From positions 1-55,970 of IMG/VR virus record IMGVR_UViG_3300045988_090085: 55,970 nucleotides of DNA; one strand, written 5' to 3'. Shown here piece after piece: positions 41,495 through 50,800 of this stretch. The notes below the pieces were generated by a model. The model did no database searches. It was given only the letters and a program-made list of their open reading frames with translations, and was not told where the DNA came from. The position numbers and the translations under genes are program-made. Numbering within the stretch: the stretch's first letter is position 1; each line of letters opens with the position of its first letter. Source of the stretch: a virus.

Positions 41495-42148
41495 TTACTT
41501 CTCCTTTCCAGTAATCAGCTCAGAATATGGTAAACTCTCAATCCAGTCGCAGAAAGCCTTCCACTCATCAAGCTTATGACCTTTACGAGACTTGTACATA
41601 TTTGCGAGAACTTCATAGTTAAGCATGATCGTACGCTTTTGATTATATGAACTAGGAAGAAGCTGAATTATTTGCCACCAGATATCTTTTTTTGAAAATT
41701 CAGCTTTGTATTCGTCCGTTTGCTTATCGTAGTTATTATAAATATCCCGATAGATGTTCAGTTCGTTAATAACAGATTCCAGCAAGCAATCGCTAATCAA
41801 ATGCTCACAACTGAAATCATCCAGAGTAAGCTCCTTCTCTGCAATTTTATGCATGGTCGAACACGAGTTGGCAACCGTGCCGACCTTATATGTGTCGTAT
41901 TCTTTCCACCAGTATACTGGTGCGTTTATATCCATTGATACCATGATCATGCGACGGAACTTGCAGTGATCGGTACCCGCGGCGCAGAGCTTCTTCATCA
42001 GAGCAAGATCATTGGGGCCAATAACTGGTAACCCGCTTCCTGACATATCGAATTCACTATCACTCTTATCCCAAGAGTTATAAGAGTTTCTCATGCCACG
42101 GATAGCCTCTTCCCATCCGTAAGTCTTTATTTTGGTTATCTCAATCAT
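41495..42148 (-). CDS. ThyX-like (flavin-dependent thymidylate synthase fold) protein, divergent
   Basis: ..GTDHCKFRRMIMVSMDINAPVYWWKEYDTYKVGTVANSCSTMHK.. aligns by eye to the ThyX core, but the RHR..S..S.RY residues are replaced. Confidence 0.35.
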   Translation of the reverse strand: MIEITKIKTYGWEEAIRGMRNSYNSWDKSDSEFDMSGSGLPVIGPNDLALMKKLCAAGTDHCKFRRMIMVSMDINAPVYWWKEYDTYKVGTVANSCSTMHKIAEKELTLDDFSCEHLISDCLLESVINELNIYRDIYNNYDKQTDEYKAEFSKKDIWWQIIQLLPSSYNQKRTIMLNYEVLANMYKSRKGHKLDEWKAFCDWIESLPYSELITGKEK

Positions 42149-42635
42149 TTTTATTCTCCTCCTTCATTTCTGTTCTCCAAGTAGTATTACCATCGCCCGC
42201 ATACTCAATAGTGGTTTTATTTTCCTCCTCATCTTTCTCCTGGCTCAGGATTTTCTTAAGTGTGGCCATACCATGTTCAATACCGCGAACCCCATTCCAA
42301 CAACGACTGCAAGCTCCAAACGCCACTGCGTCCGATATTACACTCATATTGCGGGATATTTCTTTTAAGGTTTCCAACTCTTCCGCGGATTTACACAATA
42401 TTGGTTCCTTGGGTGTCGGTCTATCGATTACCGGCTTGCACTTATCTGAGGCCACCTTCTCGACTCCGTATAACACAGCAAGGGCGAACTGATTTGCGTA
42501 AGTGTTAAATGTGAGCGGCGCAAATTTTATATCGATGACCTCTACGCTATCATTTTGTCTCATCCAAGTATTAAATTTTTCTGCAATCTCGACGAGCTCG
42601 CCTTTAAAGGTAACCATTCGATAATTAGTTGTCAT
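42141..42635 (-). CDS. Hypothetical protein (164 aa), Cse60-like N-terminal domain
   Basis: ORF track; N-terminus resembles that of 42635..42820 (..F..W......V.VIDIKF..). Confidence 0.6.
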   Translation of the reverse strand: MTTNYRMVTFKGELVEIAEKFNTWMRQNDSVEVIDIKFAPLTFNTYANQFALAVLYGVEKVASDKCKPVIDRPTPKEPILCKSAEELETLKEISRNMSVISDAVAFGACSRCWNGVRGIEHGMATLKKILSQEKDEEENKTTIEYAGDGNTTWRTEMKEENKND

Positions 42636-42820
42636 TATATAGTCCTCTCTTTCTCTCTATAGAAGATAACAAGCACTTCTTCGCCGTCTCTAGAGAATCT
42701 ACTCTCACGAAATTCGGTATTGATAATCTCTATACGATTGTCGTTTCTCACAAAGGTGTTGAAACGTCTTATGAGATCATCTATATAACCTACTATAATA
42801 ATCTTATGATAATTTTTCAT
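42635..42820 (-). CDS. Small Cse60-like protein (61 aa)
   Basis: ORF track frame trimmed to ATG after AAAGGTGG. Confidence 0.55.
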   Translation of the reverse strand: MKNYHKIIIVGYIDDLIRRFNTFVRNDNRIEIINTEFRESRFSRDGEEVLVIFYREKERTI

Positions 42821-42833
42821 AGTGATCCACCTT

Positions 42834-43487
42834 TCATACTCCAATTATCTGTGATGCGATCATATCAGCAGTGTGAGTATAGAGAACATTATGATATATC
42901 TTAACAGCAGCCGAGTAGCACTGCCAATTCTCCTTGTCGTCAAACGCTCCCATATGCCAACGGATACAATACATTTCTTCATCAGTCAGTCCGCCCTGAA
43001 CTGGCGTCATAACCTGCTGAGCCATCAGGGCACTCTTATCGCCGTGACCTGGCAGAAGCTTATTTTTATTGTAAGTCCATACTCCTTCATCATTTAAAAT
43101 GTAGTCATCGCATTTACAAAGATCATGCAACATGCCAACAGTAATAGGGCTGCCTGAATGAGCCCAACGCAGCCCAAGTCTGTCAGTGAGGTTCCGTAAC
43201 TCAGTAGCAACCTGCTTTGAATGATCGTAGAGTCCACCAATATAATTGCCATGATGACTAATTGCTGCTGGAGCTGTAAAGTAGCCGAGTTCGTCGAGGA
43301 AATTACTCAGTACGATAGGGTTGTTGACTCGGTTCAGCATAAATTCCCGGAAGTCCTTTATGTTCTTATCTCTTACTTCTTTCATCTCCGCCTCAACTTT
43401 AGACCTAGTTACAGATGGATCTTCGGTGGCCTTCTTAGTCTCGGTCTCGTCAACCTCAATTACCTTATAGATCTTTTCATTACTCAT
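42834..43487 (-). CDS. HD-superfamily phosphohydrolase
   Basis: ..ISHHGNYIGGLYDHSKQV.. and ..GMLHDLCK.. motifs. Confidence 0.7.
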   Translation of the reverse strand: MSNEKIYKVIEVDETETKKATEDPSVTRSKVEAEMKEVRDKNIKDFREFMLNRVNNPIVLSNFLDELGYFTAPAAISHHGNYIGGLYDHSKQVATELRNLTDRLGLRWAHSGSPITVGMLHDLCKCDDYILNDEGVWTYNKNKLLPGHGDKSALMAQQVMTPVQGGLTDEEMYCIRWHMGAFDDKENWQCYSAAVKIYHNVLYTHTADMIASQIIGV

Positions 43488-43923
43488 TGCTATTCTCCTT
43501 TTCAGATATTATTTTCACCTTATAACCGAGTTCTTTTTCTACCTCGGACAGGGTCATTTCCTTAGATGGCTCATTTATTATGCAACTCGCCATCGCCACA
43601 GGTGTATTGGTTTTGTTATTAGGGAGATAAGTGAGTTCGCCAAGTAACAGATTAGCAGAACCAATAGGCATAGTTATATCGTACGATACTGGACCCGTCC
43701 AATCTGAATGAAGTGTCGGCAACACGTTAACAGGAAACACATTAACAACCCTGGGAAATTCGACAAGCCACTCAAGTCCATCCTTCGCATAGCATCTATA
43801 CACGAGGTCGAAATACCCTTCATCGGTATGAAAATCTGCCTTTTCTAACACAACCTTAGTGATATCCGATTCTTTTATATTCTTAGGGTTTATTACACCT
43901 CTTAACATTTTACCATTTATCAT
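43480..43923 (-). CDS. Hypothetical protein (147 aa)
   Basis: ORF track frame trimmed to ATG after AAAGGAG; downstream of hairpin 43938..43978. Confidence 0.65.
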   Translation of the reverse strand: MINGKMLRGVINPKNIKESDITKVVLEKADFHTDEGYFDLVYRCYAKDGLEWLVEFPRVVNVFPVNVLPTLHSDWTGPVSYDITMPIGSANLLLGELTYLPNNKTNTPVAMASCIINEPSKEMTLSEVEKELGYKVKIISEKENSNE

Positions 43924-43937
43924 AATATTTCTCCTTT

Positions 43938-43978
43938 CCGAAAAGCTAAGAGAGCTTGTTACAGCTCTCCTGCTTTCG
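43938..43978 (-). terminator. Family-A hairpin (GAGAGCT/AGCTCTC)
   Basis: Immediately after stop of 43979..44167. Confidence 0.55.
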
Positions 43979-44167
43979 TTAACCAAACCTTTTAATATCG
44001 AATACAATTACTCCAAAAGCCAACCAGTTTATAATAGCTGGAATAACTAAACTGGCTATTGGACCGCCCTGTGCGACGACAGCAAATGCTGCCAATGTGC
44101 AGAGTGTCGCCAATATACAGCTGGTAATTCCCTGAATTATTAAAAATACTTTAAATACTTTTTTCAT
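43979..44167 (-). CDS. Small membrane protein (62 aa, 2 TM)
   Basis: ORF track; AAAGGAGG RBS; shares its MKKVFKV start with 3323..3502. Confidence 0.75.
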   Translation of the reverse strand: MKKVFKVFLIIQGITSCILATLCTLAAFAVVAQGGPIASLVIPAIINWLAFGVIVFDIKRFG

Positions 44168-44197
44168 AATAAATTCCTCCTTTAATTAGTTGAGTTT

Positions 44198-44227
44198 CCT
44201 CATAAAGGAGTATGTAATTTACGCGAT
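44198..44227 (-). promoter_or_regulatory. Promoter-like motif copy (long-leader class)
   Basis: Minus ATCGCGTAAATTACATACTCCTTTATGAGG; leader nearly identical to that of 3828..4034. Confidence 0.55.
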
Positions 44228-44382
44228 TATTCCTTAGCCTCAAAGTTAATAGGCTTATGGGAATTTATATTCCACGGCCTACTGAGGCACCTGTTGCACG
44301 GTTCCTCAGACTCTGACTGCTTATACCACTTACACTTGGGACAGTAGTCGGTATAGTAGCATTCCTTAGTTGGTGTTTCCAT
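44227..44382 (-). CDS. Small zinc-ribbon protein (51 aa), below track cutoff
   Basis: Hand translation METPTKECYYTDYCPKCKWYKQSESEEPCNRCLSRPWNINSHKPINFEAKE*; GGAGGAGG RBS; TAATG overlap with the MazG-like gene. Confidence 0.6.
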   Translation of the reverse strand: METPTKECYYTDYCPKCKWYKQSESEEPCNRCLSRPWNINSHKPINFEAKE

Positions 44383-44744
44383 TATATTTGATCCTCCTCC
44401 ATTTTAAGATTATCTGGCAGACGATCATACGCACGATTGAGTTTGATATCGCACGCCCTATCAATCTGCTCACTAGTAAATAATTCACTTAACTCAATCA
44501 CATATATTGTAACGAGAACGTCAGCAAATTCTTCAAGAACGCCGTAACCATTTTCGTCAAGACCACGGTTGTACTTAGATATTGCCTGTATCAGCTCTGC
44601 GCACTCTTCCTGAAGAATGCAAAGGTTTTCCTTTGCGGTCACGGAATGTGCAATGCACTCCGCTTTAGCAATGTATGTTGCGGGGGAATTGTGTTCACTT
44701 TTGTCGTCATTAGTCATGCGCCTTATAAATTCCTCACAATCCAC
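44382..44744 (-). CDS. MazG-like nucleotide pyrophosphohydrolase
   Basis: ..LQEECAELIQAI.. and ..LEEFADVLVTIY.. (EExxE / ExxD helices); GTG start. Confidence 0.55.
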   Translation of the reverse strand: MDCEEFIRRMTNDDKSEHNSPATYIAKAECIAHSVTAKENLCILQEECAELIQAISKYNRGLDENGYGVLEEFADVLVTIYVIELSELFTSEQIDRACDIKLNRAYDRLPDNLKMEEDQI

Positions 44745-44746
44745 AA

Positions 44747-45034
44747 TTACACATCCTTTCTTTTGTTCTTAACGTATCCCCAAATTATATTAAGAGCACG
44801 ATCGTGATAGTTGAGATGGGCTTCATATCCAGCCTGATTGAGTATGTCGATTGTCTGATCAAGAACAACCTTATCAGTGTCGTTAAAGGTAATGTAGCAT
44901 TCTGGTTTGCCTTCCCCGGCAGCCTCGTCGATTTTTGCCGCAATCTTCTCAACAAAACTGTCAAGTCCTTTTTTGCGAACAATCTCAGTAGCCTGAATCT
45001 GTACGTCTATAGCTTTCCTCAACATTATTTCCAT
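44747..45034 (-). CDS. Hypothetical protein (95 aa); paralog-like to 45036..45293
   Basis: ORF track; ..LNQAGYEAHL.. versus ..LDGAGYKYHI.. Confidence 0.65.
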   Translation of the reverse strand: MEIMLRKAIDVQIQATEIVRKKGLDSFVEKIAAKIDEAAGEGKPECYITFNDTDKVVLDQTIDILNQAGYEAHLNYHDRALNIIWGYVKNKRKDV

Positions 45035-45035
45035 A

Positions 45036-45293
45036 TTATTCTTCCTCCTTATTAAAATATATGTGCATCACTCTGTCAATTTCGCCAACCTCAGTCGACG
45101 ATGGCGTGGATGAGATGTGATATTTGTATCCCGCCCCATCAAGATTTTCTTTGAGCTTATCTATAAGGTCCTCACCAACATCCGATATATCAACATATAT
45201 CTCGCTCGTCGTATCCTTGTCAACTATCTCGATATAGGACATTATGCATGCAACGAGACGAATATCGCGAATGATTTTCGTAGCGTCAGTCAT
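45036..45293 (-). CDS. Hypothetical protein (85 aa)
   Basis: ORF track frame trimmed to ATG after AAGGAGG. Confidence 0.65.
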   Translation of the reverse strand: MTDATKIIRDIRLVACIMSYIEIVDKDTTSEIYVDISDVGEDLIDKLKENLDGAGYKYHISSTPSSTEVGEIDRVMHIYFNKEEE

Positions 45294-45534
45294 GATCGTC
45301 CTCCTTATAGTCACGATCCACACAATAGTAGGATACCCAAGTTACATATCCGCAGCAATCGCACATATAACCTCTTCCACCTTGAGAATCCTCATCGAAT
45401 TTCCTCAACTTTCTCTCACAATGTGGGCATATACCGTGATTGTAATCAACTTCCTCCCTGCGAATGAAAAGAAGTACCATTACTACCACAAAGATCAATG
45501 AGCACAAGAGCACAATACAACCTACTATAGGCAT
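45286..45534 (-). CDS. Membrane-anchored zinc-ribbon protein (82 aa)
   Basis: N-terminal TM, then CPHC..CDCC. Confidence 0.65.
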   Translation of the reverse strand: MPIVGCIVLLCSLIFVVVMVLLFIRREEVDYNHGICPHCERKLRKFDEDSQGGRGYMCDCCGYVTWVSYYCVDRDYKEDDHD

Positions 45535-45540
45535 CTCGAT

Positions 45541-45759
45541 TCACCTCCTTTCGCATGAGAAACTTATTCTCTCGTTAGCGGGCTGAACCCACCAGAATCT
45601 TTGCACAGTAGCGTCTTTATTACCGTCGAACATTTTATGGGCGGCAAGTACAGCACTACCGCGTTTTTTGTAATGTTGGGGATATAAGGACAATCCCTTG
45701 AATTCGTTATTTACTATGGTAATATGATAAATTACCCAATATTTGGTTTCTGTGTCCAT
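45541..45759 (-). CDS. Hypothetical protein (72 aa)
   Basis: ORF track; AAAGGAG RBS. Confidence 0.65.
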   Translation of the reverse strand: MDTETKYWVIYHITIVNNEFKGLSLYPQHYKKRGSAVLAAHKMFDGNKDATVQRFWWVQPANERISFSCERR

Positions 45760-45791
45760 ACCAATATTCTCCTTTCAAAAATAAAAGACTT

Positions 45792-45863
45792 AAAAGACCT
45801 TGGGAATCGAACCCAAGAACTCTCGATCAACTCGAACGTGTTACCATAGTTACACCAGTCTTC
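45792..45863 (-). tRNA. tRNA-like gene, best read as tRNA-Gln(UUG) with a non-canonical anticodon loop
   Basis: Minus GAAGACT-GG-TGTA-ACTATGGT-AACA-C-GTTCG-AGTTGAT-CGAGA-GTTC-TTGGG-TTCGATT-CCCAA-GGTCTTT-T; canonical T arm and GG D-loop; G at positions 8 and 33. Confidence 0.6.
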
Positions 45864-47117
45864 TCATAATACACCATGCATTTTTCGCGAATTATTGTTG
45901 AAGGACTCGTAGAATCGTCCTTCATTGAATTTACCCTTAGCCTTCAAAGCTCTGGTTATTGCCCTGTCGATTGGACTTCTCGATACAAGATGATAATACC
46001 ACAGATTCATATAAGGCGTATTGAGGCGATCAATTCGTCCCTGTGCTTGGTTCATTATTCGCCAACTATAATTCTGAGAGTAGAATATTATAGTATCGGT
46101 AGTGATACAATTCCAACCCTCGGCACCTGCAGCATAATTGACCAAATAAACCCATTTACTTGATGTAGGGACGGGTTCGTGCTTATGCCCATTCCACTCA
46201 GCAATTTCTATGTCATCGCCATAATCAATAGACTTGAGTATATCCAACTCGAAATCATAATTGTAGAAGATGATGGCAGTGGGATGCTTCTCAATCAATT
46301 CAAGTAGAGCTACCACGCGACTCTCATCACTAAAAGTAATCTGTCGAAGAACACTACAGAATTGTGCAGCATTTTCTATAGGCTCTCCTTCCAAATTTTG
46401 CCGTGTCTTAATGACTTGCGTTATCAACTCGCCATCATATCTAACAGCAATTTCTTCGTGGTGAGAGGTTGTCTTCCGCTTGAAATCCATATCCACAAGT
46501 AATTCATCTCGATGCTGGATAAGCAATTCGACATTTATATATTGCAGCACTTGAGGGAATGTGGTTCTCGGATTATAGACAATGTGATAATACTCGAACT
46601 CGCTTTTATTTCGGTAGAACCCATTGGCAATGAATACCGCCATGTAGTCCTCCCATTTGTCGCCAGGAGTAGCGGATAACAGTACCCATTCGTTATTCCT
46701 AGCAATCTTTATAAAGGTTTTTGCCCATTTTCCGTATCCAACGACACGCTGTTCGTCAAATATGAAGAAGGCATCTTTAACATTGACATATTTTTCTATA
46801 TTATTCCAACTGTCAACAATTACTTGATTATCGTATTCATTAGCATCTGGATGTGGAGACAGCAAGAATGGTGCCATATCGACCGACCATTCTGCCGTAT
46901 CTCTCTTCCTAGCAGTTGTAATAATATATAAGTCTTTTGGGCGGGTCATCATAGAAAACTTCTTAGAAGTGTCATACAAATCACCACCCATTCGACTGTA
47001 ATAGTATGCCAACGATGTCCGGCTTTTACCAGAGCCAACTCCGCCACAGAGAATGCAACCATTATGCATTTTTCTTATAGCATCGAGTTGATAATCATAC
47101 ATTGGTACACTACTCAT
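45864..47117 (-). CDS. SF2 (SNF2/DEAD-like) helicase
   Basis: GGVGSGKS (Walker A), FIFDEQ (DExx box), ..QAQGRIDR.. (motif VI). Confidence 0.75.
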   Translation of the reverse strand: MSSVPMYDYQLDAIRKMHNGCILCGGVGSGKSRTSLAYYYSRMGGDLYDTSKKFSMMTRPKDLYIITTARKRDTAEWSVDMAPFLLSPHPDANEYDNQVIVDSWNNIEKYVNVKDAFFIFDEQRVVGYGKWAKTFIKIARNNEWVLLSATPGDKWEDYMAVFIANGFYRNKSEFEYYHIVYNPRTTFPQVLQYINVELLIQHRDELLVDMDFKRKTTSHHEEIAVRYDGELITQVIKTRQNLEGEPIENAAQFCSVLRQITFSDESRVVALLELIEKHPTAIIFYNYDFELDILKSIDYGDDIEIAEWNGHKHEPVPTSSKWVYLVNYAAGAEGWNCITTDTIIFYSQNYSWRIMNQAQGRIDRLNTPYMNLWYYHLVSRSPIDRAITRALKAKGKFNEGRFYESFNNNSRKMHGVL

Positions 47118-47365
47118 CTATGCAAAAACACCCGATTCCTTCTGCGGCAAACGTGAACATTGTTGTAGCCATCTCTTCTTATTGCATTATCGTATGACGC
47201 CGCACAAGAAGTGGCATTGCGATAGGGACCCACATCAATCTCAACGGCAGCATAATCTGATGCAAGAAAATCATCAAGAGTACCTACAACATCATGATAG
47301 CAGGACTTCTCTTCTCTCATGTCATACCTAGTAGGTATGACGTCGATGGGTGTCATTCTTGGCAT
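47114..47365 (-). CDS. Hypothetical protein (83 aa)
   Basis: ORF track; AAAGGAG RBS. Confidence 0.65.
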   Translation of the reverse strand: MPRMTPIDVIPTRYDMREEKSCYHDVVGTLDDFLASDYAAVEIDVGPYRNATSCAASYDNAIRRDGYNNVHVCRRRNRVFLHR

Positions 47366-47393
47366 AACAATTTTCTCCTTTCATTTTTTAGCA

Positions 47394-47858
47394 TTAGTGA
47401 TGCATGTACTTCATAGCAAAGGGATCCGCAGCCAGGTCCTGTGTGACGTACATAGTGTTGACATAGAGTGTCTTACCCCGGTCCCATACACGAGGGTTGA
47501 GGAAGACATCAACATTTGACGCTCTGATAGTATCGAGCACACTCACACTCTCCGGATCAAGCAGTACCGGCTCGTTATCGCCCACAACGAGGAATATGCG
47601 AGGAGGGAACTTAGACTCATAGTTGATTATCACAGATACAAAGAATGTGGGGATAAAGCCCTCTTCTTCGCCCTCACGAGGCACCGTCTGCTTGACATTA
47701 AAGCCTTCCTCGATCATCTGCATAGCAAGGTTATGATCAGGAATGATGACATTTGCCTTGCGCTGATTGCTCTTGAACCTGTCTCGGTTGGGGTCACCGG
47801 CGAAGTTAGTGTCAAAGATAAAATGAGTATTTTCGAGAATGATACGATTGTTTTCCAT
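47394..47858 (-). CDS. Hypothetical replication-module protein (154 aa); ssDNA-binding role only guessed
   Basis: ORF track; AAAGGAG RBS; directly downstream of the replicase. Confidence 0.6.
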   Translation of the reverse strand: MENNRIILENTHFIFDTNFAGDPNRDRFKSNQRKANVIIPDHNLAMQMIEEGFNVKQTVPREGEEEGFIPTFFVSVIINYESKFPPRIFLVVGDNEPVLLDPESVSVLDTIRASNVDVFLNPRVWDRGKTLYVNTMYVTQDLAADPFAMKYMHH

Positions 47859-47897
47859 AATAAAATTCTCCTTTAACTTATAAAATATTTATTTTGA

Positions 47898-50800
47898 TCA
47901 GAAGGGGAGCGCCCCGGGAATTTCCCCGAAGTACCCCTCATCCGATGCAAACCAACCTGCATCACAATAGAGCGAGATCGACTCTATTGCGTCGTTGACA
48001 AGCTTTATATAATACGACTTATCAACCTTATCCTGAAGACCAAGCTGTTCGACCTGTTCAGTCTCCATCCATAGGTAATCCTTGGTACCGCCGATAGAAT
48101 AATATTTACCATCGGCTTCACGATAGAGTTTACCTGCACCTACACCCTCCTGCATAGGACAGAACAACCCAACTTTACCAACGAAGATGTAGCTGTGTTC
48201 ACCCTCGGGAAGACCCTCGCACATGTCAAGGTATATCGACCCACGGCACTCCTTTGTCTCACACATATCCTCGAACGCTATCTCCTCTTTACTAAACAGG
48301 GTCTTGAATACATATGGTACGGCAAACTGAGTGCCAGTTGCAGTCCATTCGCCACTATTTTTGTGGTTCTTGCCAGGACAATAGCCGTAGAGAGACATGC
48401 ATTTCTCCTCGGTAGCATATTTGGCAATGTAGACTGCATTGTTTACCAGACACATCTTCTCGTAAGTGGCCTCGTGTTCGAAGGTATAGCCATAGCTTAA
48501 GCCATAGTTATACACGAAGTCAATTATCTCAGGAGTAGCATCAGGTATTTTGATCGAGTCGGTCTTGATATGAGCAACCTTGAAGCCACGCGCCTCAACC
48601 TCGTTCTTCAAATTAACCATGAAGAGAGCGCCACGCTTGGCAACAATGTTGTCTATATTTCTGGCATCCTTGAACGGGTTCTCAAACTTGGCCGATGTGA
48701 GACCATATACGGAGTTGATAGCAGTCTTCAACGCATTCGCCAGTGAGCCTGAGGTCATTTCGCCGCTCAGTACTTTCTGGATATAAGGTGCCAGCTTGCC
48801 ATCAAGCATGCCGTTTACAATGTCCCAAGCCTCGTGCTTGATTGATACACGACCCTCGACAATATCACGGAATGCTCGAGTGAACCTTGGTCCAAACAGA
48901 CATTCTGCAATTGCAGAATGAGGGTGCATGGATGATATGTCGAGTAACGCCACATTACCATACGCATCCGGCTTAGCGAATACCCAACCTCCCTCACCAA
49001 CGACCTCTCCACGATAAGTTGATTTACCGAATTTGAATTCGTAGCCTGGGAAGTAAGGCAGAAGTGACTCTCTCTTATCACCGCTACCCTCATATCCGTA
49101 ATGCTTCTTAGACATCATCTCAGGGCATGCTTCCTTGAGAAACGCCTCGACTTCAGGATCCATGCAGGTGACTGGTTCAGCAAGATTTCTGTAACAGAAT
49201 TCATTCTGAGGTTTACGATTTGTACCAAAGATGATTCTCGTTGTGAGACTATTGGTCGAATCGTTTACGGTCATTTCTGCTAAGTCAGCCAGAATTTCTC
49301 TTGCTGTCCAGTCGGCTTCAAGGTAGTGGAATGCAGCCTTAGTTGCCCTAACATCGTTCTTACAATATTTTACAACCTTAGGCCATAACTCCTCAGGTAC
49401 GGGCTTGTCCCAAGGCAGACCGAGTTCCTGATGGTGAATACCCATTTTGATCTCAAGCTTCTTAAGGCTCATTTTATTGCTTGCTGAAGCGAAGTCGTAG
49501 ATATCCGTGTAACTCAGGTTATATGCCTCACGGAATTTGCCGTCCTTATGGTTGCCGATGATAAGACCAGATTGCTGATATATTTGATCATTGTCATATC
49601 CTAACATTCTCGCATAAAGAATGTGGTTGTCATAATTTCTGTTATTAAAGCCCACAAGTTTGGTAGATGTGAGCTTATTTATGTCTTCTGCTGTTGGGTT
49701 GATTAATGCAGATACTTCGTCTGAGTCATCGGACATGAAACATACAACAAAGAGATTAGGAAAGACTTCCACATCATAAAATACGATGGGCTTCTCGTCC
49801 TTTAACTCTGCGTTATCCAACACAAACTCGTCAGCCGACTTGAACTGCATCTTGTTAACCATTTTGATACAATAGTCAGCATGATTAGTCGAGCCGGCCG
49901 CGAATGCCAGCACAGCATTTCTTAAATCTCTGACATCATACTGAGTGCCCGCCTTATAAGCATCGTCCAGTATCTTGTAGATAAAGTCAATACTTGGCTT
50001 GGTGCCTGGATGATACTCTTTCTCCAGGTTTCTAAGAATGAGAGTACGAATTGCCTTTTCATTCTTAATAGTATCTTGATTTACCACCTTGTCATCTCCT
50101 TTCAATGGTAAACCTGAACTGATATTGGCGATAGGAAGATTGTTACACTTGGTGAGCTTTCTTCTTAATGCCTGCTTACCGGTGAATACTTTTATCTCAA
50201 CATTTTCTGAATAGATTCTGCTGAGTTTAGTCGGATCACCAGTGTAGATGTAATGCAGATGTACGCCGCAGCCAGACTTACTCAGTTCCGCATAAGTAGC
50301 CGGCCATTTAGCAGCCTCTGCAAGATTTGCTTCGAGACTCTTCTTACCATCGACCTTTAAATCGAAGTCTATTACAATATGATGTATGTCTGAGAACAGC
50401 ACATAATGCAATAAAGAGGTGTCAATATCCGACAATTTGGTGGTTACGTTATCCCATTTTGATCGAGGGGCGCCTTCCTCGGATGCATACTGGGCATAGC
50501 AATCTGCACACATTTTGTCGAATATTGAGATATTTGAGTCTAATATCAGGGTTTTGGAGCCATTTTGAGCAGGTGCAGTGATAGAAGTATCATTTGATTC
50601 GTATCTATCGCCTCTAAAACCCTTATAATAGCCCCTCGCATTGGTACCATCAGCTAAGGTATACTTATCAAGGTATTCGTCAAAGTAATTCTTCAACTCT
50701 TCCTTGAATACTCGCTGTGGGAATGGATAAGCTACCTTTGCATATTCACAATAGTTCTTATACATCTCCCAAGCTATTTTGAGAGATACGCCGTTGTCCC

